Origin: a virus
Lineage: Duplodnaviria; Caudoviricetes
Direction: 5' to 3' (one strand)
Virus record (IMG/VR): IMGVR_UViG_3300007987_000062
Location: 1-29,751 of that record
Length of the DNA stretch: 29,751 bases
A program made the translations under genes and the position numbers. Every line of letters starts with the position of its first letter. The stretch's first letter is position 1. A model generated the notes under the pieces. It was given only the letters and a program-made list of their open reading frames with translations, did not search any database and was not told the DNA's origin. This document shows, piece after piece, positions 1 to 9,232 of this stretch.

Positions 1-580
1 TATACATGTAGTCCCTGATTCAGCTGTTGCTAAATATTTAGTCATTCCTAAATATCATGAATACACTACTAACTATTATTTTCCGTTAATGGCTACAAGT
101 GAGTATCAAACGATGCTTTCACATATGGCTGAAGATGCTGAACGCAACTCTTTAATTTTAAAGGTATTCAATGAAACCACAAATGGTGGAGAAGTTCCAT
201 CTTGCTTTTTATGTAACAGGGTTGAACAAGTTAAAATATTAAATAGTTTAATACCTAATAGCGTAATGCTAGTTTCTAATCTAAAGATGCAAAGTAAAAA
301 AGAAAGAGTAGAAGCTATGGAAATGCTTCGATCTGGAGAAGCGCTGCATGTTATCTCAACCTACTCTTTATTTTCAACGGGGATTGATTTGCCTTCTCAA
401 GAAAATCTTTATTTAGCTTCACCTATCAAAAGCTCGACAAAACTTAAGCAGTCAGCTGGAAGGATTATGCGAATGTCTGAGGGGAAAAGTCAATCAAATA
501 TTTACGACTTTGTTGATAGCAACATAGGGCTTCTAGAAAAACAACATAAAAAACGACGTAGAATTTTACGAAACTTATAA
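1..580 (+). CDS. SF2 (DEAD/DEAH-like) helicase, C-terminal part; 5'-truncated by the window
   Basis: Frame is open from nt 2. Contains motif V-like STYSLFSTGIDLP and motif VI QSAGRIMR, followed by IYDFVD. Confidence 0.85.
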   Translation, partial: IHVVPDSAVAKYLVIPKYHEYTTNYYFPLMATSEYQTMLSHMAEDAERNSLILKVFNETTNGGEVPSCFLCNRVEQVKILNSLIPNSVMLVSNLKMQSKKERVEAMEMLRSGEALHVISTYSLFSTGIDLPSQENLYLASPIKSSTKLKQSAGRIMRMSEGKSQSNIYDFVDSNIGLLEKQHKKRRRILRNL

Positions 581-581
581 T

Positions 582-1070
582 ATGCTTAAATATAATTTTA
601 GTGACCTTGAAGTTGAGGAAGAACGAAAAAAGGTAGTAAAAGTTGCTGAAGCCACAAAAAAGAAAGCCCCTGATTATAATGATACAAAATTTAATTATAA
701 ACTTGTTAGATGCTGCGGTAACTGCCTTTACTATAAAAAATTCGGAGATGCCAAGGGAGTTCGAGGGTTCTGTACATACCCATCAAGAGGTGAAACCTTT
801 TTTATAAGCGGAAATGTAAGTAACACACGAACTACGAGAGAAGCTCACTTTATGTCTAGAGTAAATGGGTGGACACCGACAGTAGAGCACGGGCACTGCG
901 ATAACTACCTAATTACAAATAAGCTTAGCTACTTTAATAGGCTTGAAGACCACCTTATGTACTTAATAGATAGAGTGCGTCTTAAATTCACAAAAATACT
1001 ACCACTTAAAAAAATGGAAGACTTAGAAGATGACAATACTGATGATATGGATATCTACTTTAATTTTTAG
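582..1070 (+). CDS. Hypothetical Cys-rich protein
   Basis: 162 aa ORF tiling between neighbours; CCGNC...C...HC pattern suggests metal binding. Confidence 0.6.
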   Translation: MLKYNFSDLEVEEERKKVVKVAEATKKKAPDYNDTKFNYKLVRCCGNCLYYKKFGDAKGVRGFCTYPSRGETFFISGNVSNTRTTREAHFMSRVNGWTPTVEHGHCDNYLITNKLSYFNRLEDHLMYLIDRVRLKFTKILPLKKMEDLEDDNTDDMDIYFNF

Positions 1071-1404
1071 TATAGCCCCAATAATACACAAACTATTATT
1101 GGCTAATAAAGATTTAAAAGAGTTAAATAGAAAAATACTTTCTCAAAAGAAAAGCGGTGAGGTGGTACTAGGGCAGATAGCTGAGTCCCTTGCTCCTACT
1201 CTGGACAAGTTTACTATAGACTTAGAAAACGCAAAAGACATACATTTCTTGGGGATGCCCATTGATTATATACATTTTGCAGAGGATAGTATAGACTTCA
1301 TAGAGATAAAAAGCGGTAATGCGCAGCTTAGCACAAAGCAACGAAAAATAAAAAAGCAGATAGAAGATGGTAAAGTAACTTTTAGAGTAGTTAAAATATC
1401 TTGA
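1030..1404 (+). CDS. Holliday junction resolvase-like PD-(D/E)xK endonuclease (Endonuc_Holl type) with hydrophobic N-terminus
   Basis: GQIAE..AP, FLGMPIDYI, FIEIKSG.AQLS..QR.IK motifs. Ends at TGA, or two codons later at TAA 1408-1410 if TGA is read as Trp. Confidence 0.8.
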   Translation: MTILMIWISTLIFSIAPIIHKLLLANKDLKELNRKILSQKKSGEVVLGQIAESLAPTLDKFTIDLENAKDIHFLGMPIDYIHFAEDSIDFIEIKSGNAQLSTKQRKIKKQIEDGKVTFRVVKIS

Positions 1405-1429
1405 CAATAATTATAATTGTCAGTATTTT
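1401..1429 (+). promoter_or_regulatory. sigma70-type promoter, probably leaderless transcript
   Basis: TTGACA-N17-TATTTT; the ATG at 1436 follows the -10 after a 6-nt gap. Confidence 0.6.
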
Positions 1430-1435
1430 GTCTGC

Positions 1436-2071
1436 ATGCAAAAATTAAGCTTTGATATAGAAACAGTCCCTCAAGAAAATCTTTCAGATATTCAATTAGA
1501 GGAATTAAATAAAAAAATAAGCAGGTCTAAAGAGGATCTTCCAGAGAACGAACTTCGAAATAAAATATGCGCAACAAGCCCTTACTTGGGTAAAATAATC
1601 TGTATAGGTCTTCACATGCAAGATACAGATGGGGATGAAGAATCCCTAGCCTTAACCGGAGATGAGGACAAGATAATCAGACGTTTATGGGGAATTCTTG
1701 GAAAACAAGATGATACTCAGTTTGTATCTTATAATGGAATTAGTTTTGACGTGCCCTTCATTGCTAAGAGGTCGATGTACTATGGTATAATTCCTACCAA
1801 TTACAATTTTCTAAAAGTTAGACGTTACGCTAGCTATCCTCATTTTGATGTAAAAGAGCTGATAAGTGACTGGGATAAATTCTCAGCCCCAACTCTTAAG
1901 TTAGCTTGTGACCTTTTTGGCGTTCCTTCTCCTAAAGAAGGTGAGGTAAAAGCAGAGAACGTCTATGAAGCGTACCTTAATGGCGGTATAGGTGAAATCG
2001 CAGAATACTGCGTAAGGGATACCGTAGCTACACTAAGAGTAGCCGACAAACTTATGCCATTTTTGGTATAA
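1436..2071 (+). CDS. DnaQ-like 3'-5' exonuclease (PolB exonuclease-like)
   Basis: ExoI FDIET, ExoII YNGISFDVPF and ExoIII YCVRD motifs. Confidence 0.85.
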   Translation: MQKLSFDIETVPQENLSDIQLEELNKKISRSKEDLPENELRNKICATSPYLGKIICIGLHMQDTDGDEESLALTGDEDKIIRRLWGILGKQDDTQFVSYNGISFDVPFIAKRSMYYGIIPTNYNFLKVRRYASYPHFDVKELISDWDKFSAPTLKLACDLFGVPSPKEGEVKAENVYEAYLNGGIGEIAEYCVRDTVATLRVADKLMPFLV

Positions 2072-2162
2072 GAATAATAGAACTCTATTACGTTAGAAGC
2101 GCTTAAACTCGGGACTAGCACAACAACATTTTTTTTTAAACCAATTTTTTTAAAATAAAAAT

Positions 2163-3077
2163 ATGAGCCTTTTTGAAAAAGCGAAATCCTCTCCCGATAG
2201 AGTTAAGATGTATATTTATGGGAAAACGGGAACAGGGAAAACGCGCACGGCATTACACTTTCCTAGCCCAGCAGTAATAGACGCTGAGCAGGGTACAAAA
2301 TTTTATGGTGGAGAGTTTGAATTTTTTGTAATAAATACTAGTGACCCAGATAAAGTTCATGCAGCGATCGATGAATTGCTGATTGACCCACAAGGATTTA
2401 AAACTTTAGTTATTGACCCATTTACTGTTATTTATGATAATATCATACGTAATAAAGAAATCTATATGAGGCAGAAAACTGGTAATATGAAATACGAGTT
2501 AGCTCCATTAGACTATAAGTCAATTAAGACTGAAGTAAAAATACTTATGAATAAACTTCTTGCACTTGATATGAATGTTATTGTAACTGCGAGAAGTAAA
2601 GACCTTTATGCTAAAGGTAAATTTATGGAGGTTATTGGAGAAACTCCAGAAGGCCATAAAGACCTACCCTATATGTTTGATATTGTTATACAGCTTTATG
2701 TAAACGAAAAAGGAGAGCGTAGGGCAAAACTTGACAAGGACAGGTCAAACCAACTTCCTTCTGATTTCGTATTCTCTTATGATTCATTTGTAGAATATAT
2801 TGGAATTGAGGAGTTATCAAGAAATGCAGATGTTGAAAAACAAACTGATAACATCAATAGGCTATATGAGCGCAACTCAGAAATTGACTATAAAGGTGAA
2901 AAAATACACACAGCAGGGATTACTGCTGAAACTCTTGAAATACTAGAGAATTTACTAACTGGCGTACCACAGGATAAAGTAGTAGAGGTTCTTAAAGAAT
3001 CCTACGAGGTACAAAGCCTACTTGACTTAACAGAGAAGCAAGCTAGAGCATTTGCTAATGCAATAGCAGAAGAATGA
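2163..3077 (+). CDS. AAA_24 / Sak4-like P-loop ATPase (recombination)
   Basis: Walker A YGKTGTGKT, IDAEQG, LVIDP, KDR motif; lies next to a DUF669 SSB. Confidence 0.8.
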   Translation: MSLFEKAKSSPDRVKMYIYGKTGTGKTRTALHFPSPAVIDAEQGTKFYGGEFEFFVINTSDPDKVHAAIDELLIDPQGFKTLVIDPFTVIYDNIIRNKEIYMRQKTGNMKYELAPLDYKSIKTEVKILMNKLLALDMNVIVTARSKDLYAKGKFMEVIGETPEGHKDLPYMFDIVIQLYVNEKGERRAKLDKDRSNQLPSDFVFSYDSFVEYIGIEELSRNADVEKQTDNINRLYERNSEIDYKGEKIHTAGITAETLEILENLLTGVPQDKVVEVLKESYEVQSLLDLTEKQARAFANAIAEE

Positions 3078-3099
3078 CAACACACTTAATTATAATTAT

Positions 3100-3564
3100 A
3101 TGAAAATTAATTTAAAAACAATCAAAGAAAATAACTCAAAAGCAGACGGCGAATATACTCCATTAGATGAGGGACGCTATGACTTAGTAGTAGAAGGCGG
3201 AAAAATTAAAACATCTGCTGCTAAAAATGAATACCTTGAAATAGCTTTTAGAGTTACAGGGCCAAAATTCGCTAATAGAAAACTATGGACTCCTTTTATG
3301 TTATCAGAAACAGGCCTTTACTATTTAATCCGCTTTTTAAAAGCTGCTGGATTAGAGGCTTTAACCGAAACAGATGACTTGGAAATCGAAGAGGTTATAA
3401 AAGCAATGTCTGGTCAAAAGGTTAGTGGCTATGTAGAGATAAAAAATGAGCGTAATGAGCTTAGTAACTTTACACCTATTGGCGGTAAGGGAAATGCTGA
3501 AGAGCCTGCTGCACCTGCTGCTAAACCTGTTTCAGCAGCTCCTAAGAAAAAGATGTTCTCCTAA
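3100..3564 (+). CDS. DUF669-type single-stranded DNA-binding protein
   Basis: PLDEGRY...NEYLEIAFRV...NRKLW signature and a low-complexity Pro/Ala tail. Confidence 0.75.
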   Translation: MKINLKTIKENNSKADGEYTPLDEGRYDLVVEGGKIKTSAAKNEYLEIAFRVTGPKFANRKLWTPFMLSETGLYYLIRFLKAAGLEALTETDDLEIEEVIKAMSGQKVSGYVEIKNERNELSNFTPIGGKGNAEEPAAPAAKPVSAAPKKKMFS

Positions 3565-4043
3565 TGAAGGGAAATACACTAGAAAAAAGTGTTAATAAAG
3601 TAAACTTAAGATATAGGCTGGAGAAATCCAGCCTTATTCTTAAAGTTCCTACTCCAATAATATTAACAAGTAATGGGCTACATGCAGAGCAATCTACTGT
3701 AGACTTCACTGGAGTAATACAAGGAGGAAAGTACATAGCTTTTGATGCTAAAGAGACTAAAATTAAAACTAGGCTAGATCTTAAAAATCTACATAAACAC
3801 CAAATTGACTATCTAGAGATGGTCAAGAACTTAGGCGGCATAGTATTTTTTTTAGTTTGGTTTTACGAAGTACATAGCAAAGAAGCATTTATAGTCCCTT
3901 TAAGCTTAATACACAAAACAGTTTCTAGTGGTAAAAAATCAATTCCTTATAAGGAGCTTGAAGAAGCATCGCTATTAGTTCCATTAGACGACTACCTAAC
4001 ATTTTTAAATAACGATGAATTTACTAAAAAGCTATTTATCTAA
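3564..4043 (+). CDS. recU: RecU-family Holliday junction resolvase
   Basis: GNTLE, KVPTP, STVDFTG, FDAKET and HQIDYL...GGIVF motifs. Confidence 0.9.
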   Translation: MKGNTLEKSVNKVNLRYRLEKSSLILKVPTPIILTSNGLHAEQSTVDFTGVIQGGKYIAFDAKETKIKTRLDLKNLHKHQIDYLEMVKNLGGIVFFLVWFYEVHSKEAFIVPLSLIHKTVSSGKKSIPYKELEEASLLVPLDDYLTFLNNDEFTKKLFI

Positions 4044-4281
4044 GCAAAAAACTGATTTGCCTATTAGGGCATCTCTTAAATTAAAAGACGGGACCTTAGT
4101 CGATGGAGTGCTTTCTGATATAAATGAAGAAGCTCTTATTATGAAAACATACGGCGAAGATCTACTTACAGAAGCAAACAAAAAAGAGCTATCTGACCTA
4201 TTCTCTGGATTTATTCCAAAGTGGTCATACATAGTAATGAACAGCATACAATCAATAACTTTTTTTGAAAAAAATGGATAA
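4015..4281 (+). CDS. Hypothetical small protein, possible Sm/LSm-like fold
   Basis: LKLKDGTLVDGVLSDINEEALIM resembles the Sm1 motif. Confidence 0.45.
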   Translation: MNLLKSYLSKQKTDLPIRASLKLKDGTLVDGVLSDINEEALIMKTYGEDLLTEANKKELSDLFSGFIPKWSYIVMNSIQSITFFEKNG

Positions 4282-4708
4282 ACTAAAAATAGAGATACAA
4301 TTAATGCCAGGGGGCTTAATGCCTACTCAGGCAGATGGAAGTCCAGCAGGATTAGACCTTTATAGCAGAGAAGAAGTAAGAGTACCAGGACGTGGAGTCA
4401 TGGGAGTTCCTACTGGAGTAAAAATGGCTATACCTGATGGATGGTATGGTAAGATAGAGGACAGAAGCGGAGTAGCACTAAGCACGCCTCTTTCTAAGAA
4501 GGCTGGAGTTATTGACCCAGACTATAGAGGAGAAGTAGTTATAATTCTCCAAAATATTAGTGACTACCCTAGGTTTATAGACAAAGGGACAAAAATAGCG
4601 CAGGTCACTTTTCATAAAAGACCTATTCTTGAAGTAACCAAAGTCGAAAAATTCACGGAAAATGAGACTCTCCGTGGAGATAAAGGCTTTGGATCCTCAG
4701 AAAAATAA
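4274..4708 (+). CDS. dut: Trimeric dUTPase
   Basis: AGLDL, RSG, GVIDPDYRGE, KIAQ and RGDKGFGSS motifs; ATG at 4274 preferred over TTG at 4265. Confidence 0.95.
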   Translation: MDKLKIEIQLMPGGLMPTQADGSPAGLDLYSREEVRVPGRGVMGVPTGVKMAIPDGWYGKIEDRSGVALSTPLSKKAGVIDPDYRGEVVIILQNISDYPRFIDKGTKIAQVTFHKRPILEVTKVEKFTENETLRGDKGFGSSEK

Positions 4709-4777
4709 GCCGATAATAAGGTTCCACCGGTTTGGAAAAACATAAATTTCTACAACCACTACAACCTTATTTATAAA

Positions 4778-5152
4778 ATGTTAAAGAAAAACGAATTTCT
4801 AAACGTAGGCATAAGCGCGCCTACAGAAAGAAAACTAACGATACAGTTTATCAACAAAAAAAGAGTAAAACTATTAAACGGAAAAAAAGTTGAAAAAATA
4901 ATACTAGATTGCGTAGAATACGAGACGGGGCTTAAATTCAAGATTTCAGATGTTGCACATAAAGAATCCGATGGAAGTATTAAAATTTCCGGAATATGGT
5001 GGTCAATAACAGATGGTGGGTTAAGCCCCCAGTGTTACTTGGCAAAGCTTCTTAAAAAGCATAAAGCAGCTCTCGTGGGAGAGCTTAGGAAAAAAGAAGT
5101 AACTGCCGTTCAGGACTCTAATAATTTTTTAGTATTAAAAGGATATGACTAA
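4778..5152 (+). CDS. Hypothetical protein
   Basis: 124 aa ORF whose stop overlaps the start of the sigma gene. Confidence 0.6.
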   Translation: MLKKNEFLNVGISAPTERKLTIQFINKKRVKLLNGKKVEKIILDCVEYETGLKFKISDVAHKESDGSIKISGIWWSITDGGLSPQCYLAKLLKKHKAALVGELRKKEVTAVQDSNNFLVLKGYD

Positions 5153-5939
5153 TTACTTTAATGACATTCAAAAATGATCTCCTATTGAAAAAGAAGTTGA
5201 GATTGAGCTAATAAGAAAAGCACAAAATGGTAACGACTCCGCTAGAGGTGAGGTAATAAAAGCTAATCTCAAATTTGTTGTTCAAATCGCAAAAGCGTAC
5301 CAAAATAAAGGACTTTCATTCGAAGATCTTATAATGGAGGGGAACATTGGTTTGATAAAATCAATAGATAGGTTTGATACCGAAAGAGGGGTTAAGTTTA
5401 TATCTTATGCAGTCTGATGGATTAGACAAGCTATATTAAGCTCGTTATATGAAAACGGCTCTACTATAAGATTACCTATAAACAAGGCAATGCGGGTCAC
5501 AAAGCTAGCTAAAGCGCGAGCTCTTCTGGAAGGAGAACTATTAAGAACTCCTACTCATGAGGAGCTCGCTACTTTTTTAGGAGAAGACTCAGCCTTAAAA
5601 GAAGATATACAGTATCTTCATACAATTATAAGGCTTGATATTCCTAGAACAGATGGCGGGGATGCTACCTTACATGAAGTTCTTTTTGAAGAAGAATCTT
5701 TTGATGACAAAATAAAAGATTTTTCATTTGAATTTTTATATCTCGCTCAAGGATTGCCAGAAAGAACACTAAAAATAATTTGTATGTATTATGGAATAGG
5801 ACTTCCAAGAACATACAACTTAAGAGAAATCGGCGAGGATCTGTCCCTAACTAGAGAACGGGTAAGGCAAATAAAAGAAGAAGCCCTTAAAAAGATAAAG
5901 GGTCACCCGGAGGGTTCAATATTATTTGACTACTTATAA
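5145..5939 (+). CDS. sigma70-family (RpoD/RpoS-like) sigma factor, 264 aa with two in-frame TGA read as Trp
   Basis: Hand translation from ATG 5145: MTNYFNDIQK*SPIE...ANLKFVVQIAKAY...DLIMEGNIGLIKSIDRFD..RGVKFISYAV*WIRQAI...TIRLP...LREIGEDLSLTRERVRQIKEEAL. TGA at 5175 and 5415. Confidence 0.92.
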
Positions 5940-7271
5940 ATGAAAAACATAATAATTGTAAAAAATAAAAAAGACTGTGAAACAGCAATAAACTATTTAT
6001 CCACTCAAAATAAATTAGGTGTGGATTCGGAAACAACTGGATTTAAAGCAATACAAGAAAAAATGCTTTTACTGCAAATAGGTAATACCTATAGGCAATA
6101 TGTATTTGATCTTGCTAGAATACAGGATTGCTACGGCATGATAAGGGGCTTACTTGCCGATCATACCATTATTAAAATATTTCATAATGCTAAGTTCGAC
6201 TATACATTCATTAAGTCTACTTTTGGAATAGATGTTCATAATGTTAGATGTACATTAGTTGCGGCACAGCTTCTTACTAGAGGAATCATACAGGCGGACA
6301 ACTCGCTAAAAGGGTTGTTAAGCAAACACTTAAACGTAAACATATCAAAAAGCCAACAAAAGTCATTTATTGGCGCTAAGTTTGGTGAAGAATTTACAGA
6401 TGAGCAGCTTGAGTACGCTGGGACGGATATAGAGCATTTAGTAAACCTAGAAAATAGCCTTTTAAAATTATTAAATGAGAGAGGCATGCATGATCTATAC
6501 CGTTTAGAATGTGAGACTACTAGGGTAACAGGAGATATGGAGTACAATGGGCTTTTCTTGGATACAGAGATGTGGCTGGGCCTTGCTAATAAGTCTGAAA
6601 AAGAAACACGGGTTGCTATAGCTGCCTTAGATGAATATTTTTTACCATACTGCAATATGACCCTTTTTGGAGAAGCTGATATTAACTACGGATCTCCACA
6701 GCAATTGCTTCCAATCTTAAATAAGATAACTGGGCAAAATATAGAGTCAACTGGTGAGGAAGAGCTCAAAAAAATAAACCACCCGGTTATAAAACCTTTA
6801 CTTGCCTTTAGAGAGCATATGAAAAAGGTTACTACGTATGGTAAAGAATTCGTAGATAAACATATAAACTCTATAACGGGTAGAATCCACTCCTCCTTTA
6901 AACAACTTGGAGCAGATAGTGGGCGAATGGCGTCAGGAAGCCCTAATCTACAAAATATTCCAGCAGGCCCTGAGTACAGAGAGTGCTTTAGAGCACAACA
7001 TGTAGATTACAGATTAATCTGTGCAGATTTCAGCGGCCAAGAACTTCGCTTATTAGCGCACATCTCAAAAGAGCCGCAATTTATATACGCTCTTAGTAAT
7101 AACATGGATCTTCACTCTTACAGTGCTTCCCTAATATTTGGAATACCTTATGATGATTTCTTCGAAAGGGATGAAAAAGGAGATGTGTTACTGGACTCTG
7201 CAGGAGACCCAGTAATTAAAAAAGAGATGAAAAAAAAATACAGGAATCCTGCAAAGAGCATCACATTCGGT
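5940..7271 (+). CDS. polA: Family A DNA polymerase, exon 1 (3'-5' exonuclease to motif B)
   Basis: DSET, HNAKFD, SGRMASGSPNLQNIP, motif A ADFSGQELR; ends at KSITFG. Confidence 0.93.
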
Positions 7272-7809
7272 TAATGAAAACTAATCAAGCCGAATCAAAA
7301 ACCCTTAAATTCGGGGAAACCCTACCAGATGGTGCTGAGGGCAATCCCGAGCCAAGCCTGCTAAAGGAAGGTGTAGAGACTGAACAGGGGTTATGTTTGA
7401 AATGCAAAAAGCATATAGAGCCTAAAAGAAAAAAATACTGTAGCCGTAAATGTAGTTGTGCTTGTATACAGCAACAATATAGGATTAGGCACAACCTAAT
7501 ACAAGCGCCTGGAGTTGGTTCTGGAAATAGCCAACACGGAGAGAATAACCATCAATTTAAAAATGGTTGGACTACATATAATAAAAAAGCTTTTGGCACT
7601 AAACCAAGTTTATGTAATAAGTGCAGGTCTACCTCTAATCTTCTTGTTCATCATATTAATGAGGATAGAAGCAATTCGGATGTAGGGAACCTAGAGATAT
7701 TATGTAAAAGATGCCACCAAAAGCATTATGAGGCTCGTGACCATTTAGGTAGATATGCAAACAAACATAAAGAGACAGTCCAAGCCCAGAAGTAATTTTG
7801 GGGCACTTG
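7272..7809 (+). mobile_element. Group I intron 1 in polA (538 nt)
   Basis: Exon ends in U (GGT) with P1 TTCGGT/GCCGAA. Core elements P AAATTCGGGGAA, Q AATCCCGAG, R GTAGAGACTG, S AAGAGACAGTCC; terminal G 7809. Splicing restores KSITFG|LIYGMG. Confidence 0.92.
7274..7795 (+). CDS. Intron-encoded HNH endonuclease with N-terminal Zn finger
   Basis: CNKC...VHHINEDRSNSDVGNLEILCKRCH HNH motif and CLKC...YCSRKC finger; start codon uncertain. Confidence 0.8.
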   Translation: MKTNQAESKTLKFGETLPDGAEGNPEPSLLKEGVETEQGLCLKCKKHIEPKRKKYCSRKCSCACIQQQYRIRHNLIQAPGVGSGNSQHGENNHQFKNGWTTYNKKAFGTKPSLCNKCRSTSNLLVHHINEDRSNSDVGNLEILCKRCHQKHYEARDHLGRYANKHKETVQAQK

Positions 7810-8169
7810 TTGATATATGGAATGGGTCCAGGTAAACTAAGTAATGACCTTGGAATTTCATTAAATGACGCTAAAGACTTAATTGAAAAGTACTTTACTG
7901 TGTTCCCAACTATAAAGCAAACTCTAGATAAAGTGACTAATGACGCTATGAAAAACGGATACGCTTATTCTCCGCTTGATGGCAGAAGAAGAATATTTCA
8001 TGGAGTTGACTGGGACGATAAAGGTAAGGTTGCTCACTTAAAAAACGTAGCAAAGAATCAACCATTTCAAGGTGCCGGTGCTAGTGTAACAAAGTTGGCC
8101 CTATGCTGGATGAAGCATGAAATAGATGAAAACGTCTGGGACGCTAAAATAGTCCTAGTTGTCCACGAT
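7810..8169 (+). CDS. polA: Family A DNA polymerase, exon 2
   Basis: LIYGMG...GRRR...NQPFQGAGA...VVHD. Confidence 0.93.
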
Positions 8170-9087
8170 AGATTTTGTTGTGGTTAAACCCCCTTAATTG
8201 CTGGAAACTCCTGTTAGGTTGTAGATACCAATTCGGTAAAAATTCTACAAATAGGGACAATCAGCAGCTATTTAAAATAAAAATGAATACTATAGAATTA
8301 AAATGCACTTACTGCGGCCGCTCATATAATAAACTTGCGAGCAAATCAGAAAACTCAAAATATTGCTCAAGGGACTGCTTTGATAAAAAAGCCTATATGC
8401 TTGATTTAGGAATTTCATGCGTGCAAATTCTAGCATCTTCCGTACTTGGGGATGGGTGCTTGTATAAAGCTAAATCTGCAAATTATCATAAGTACTCTAC
8501 AAATAGTAAATATTTAGAGTATATAAAATATAAATCGTCACTAGTGGCTCCGTTAAAGTTTGGAAGCCCTAACGGTATTATAAATAACGGTTTTTCAAAA
8601 ACTACCTTATATCAATTTGCAACACAGCCCCACCCCAAAATAACAGAAATAGCACTAGAGCCCCTTGACTTAAAGTTACTGAGGCTAAATGAGCTTGGAG
8701 TAGCTCTTTCATTTTTTGATAATGGTTCTTTACATCAGAAAAAAGGGTTTTATAACCTTAATACTCATAGACATGATAAAGAAACGCATATAAAAATACT
8801 TATCCCTTACTTTGAAGATGTGTGGGCCCTTTATCCAAAGTTAGGGCAAGAACGTAAAAAGGATGGGAGGCATTTCTTTTATCTACGATTTGGAGTTGAG
8901 TCAGCTAAAAAGGTAAATGAGATTTTAAAAGAATTTGAACCTAGTAATAGTATTTTTAAATATAAAACTTTTAAATAGTTCAGAGGCCATCCGAAAGGAG
9001 TAGGTGACACGCCGAAACAGGGGGGATCTTTTTATAAGGTCAAGATATGGTCCGATCTACTTAGAAATAAGTAGATAACATAGAATG
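8170..9087 (+). mobile_element. Group I intron 2 in polA (918 nt, IA-like)
   Basis: P1 CCACGAT/GTTGTGG with U.G pair; P AATTGCTGGAAA, Q AATCAGCAG, R TTCAGAGGCCA, S AAGATATGGTCC; terminal G 9087. Splicing restores motif C VVHD|EILVE. Confidence 0.92.
8283..8978 (+). CDS. Intron-encoded LAGLIDADG endonuclease with N-terminal Zn finger
   Basis: ILASSVLGDGCL and VALSFFDNGSL motifs, CTYC...YCSRDC finger; lies inside the P6 stem CTATTTAAAA/TTTTAAATAG. Confidence 0.8.
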   Translation: MNTIELKCTYCGRSYNKLASKSENSKYCSRDCFDKKAYMLDLGISCVQILASSVLGDGCLYKAKSANYHKYSTNSKYLEYIKYKSSLVAPLKFGSPNGIINNGFSKTTLYQFATQPHPKITEIALEPLDLKLLRLNELGVALSFFDNGSLHQKKGFYNLNTHRHDKETHIKILIPYFEDVWALYPKLGQERKKDGRHFFYLRFGVESAKKVNEILKEFEPSNSIFKYKTFK

Positions 9088-9231
9088 GAAATTCTCGTGG
9101 AGGCGCACAAAGATTGCGCTGAAATAGTGTGTAGAACACTTGAAAAAGTAATGATCGATGCTTTTAACTTTTACGCGCCCTCGGTGCCTATGGTAGTTAA
9201 GGGCGAGATCTCAAACTGCTGGATACATTAA
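9088..9231 (+). CDS. polA: Family A DNA polymerase, exon 3 (spliced protein 611 aa)
   Basis: Hand translation EILVEAHKDCAEIVCRTLEKVMIDAF...VPMVVKGEISNCWIH*; missed by the ORF track. Confidence 0.9.
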   Translation, partial: EILVEAHKDCAEIVCRTLEKVMIDAFNFYAPSVPMVVKGEISNCWIH

Positions 9232-9232
9232 T

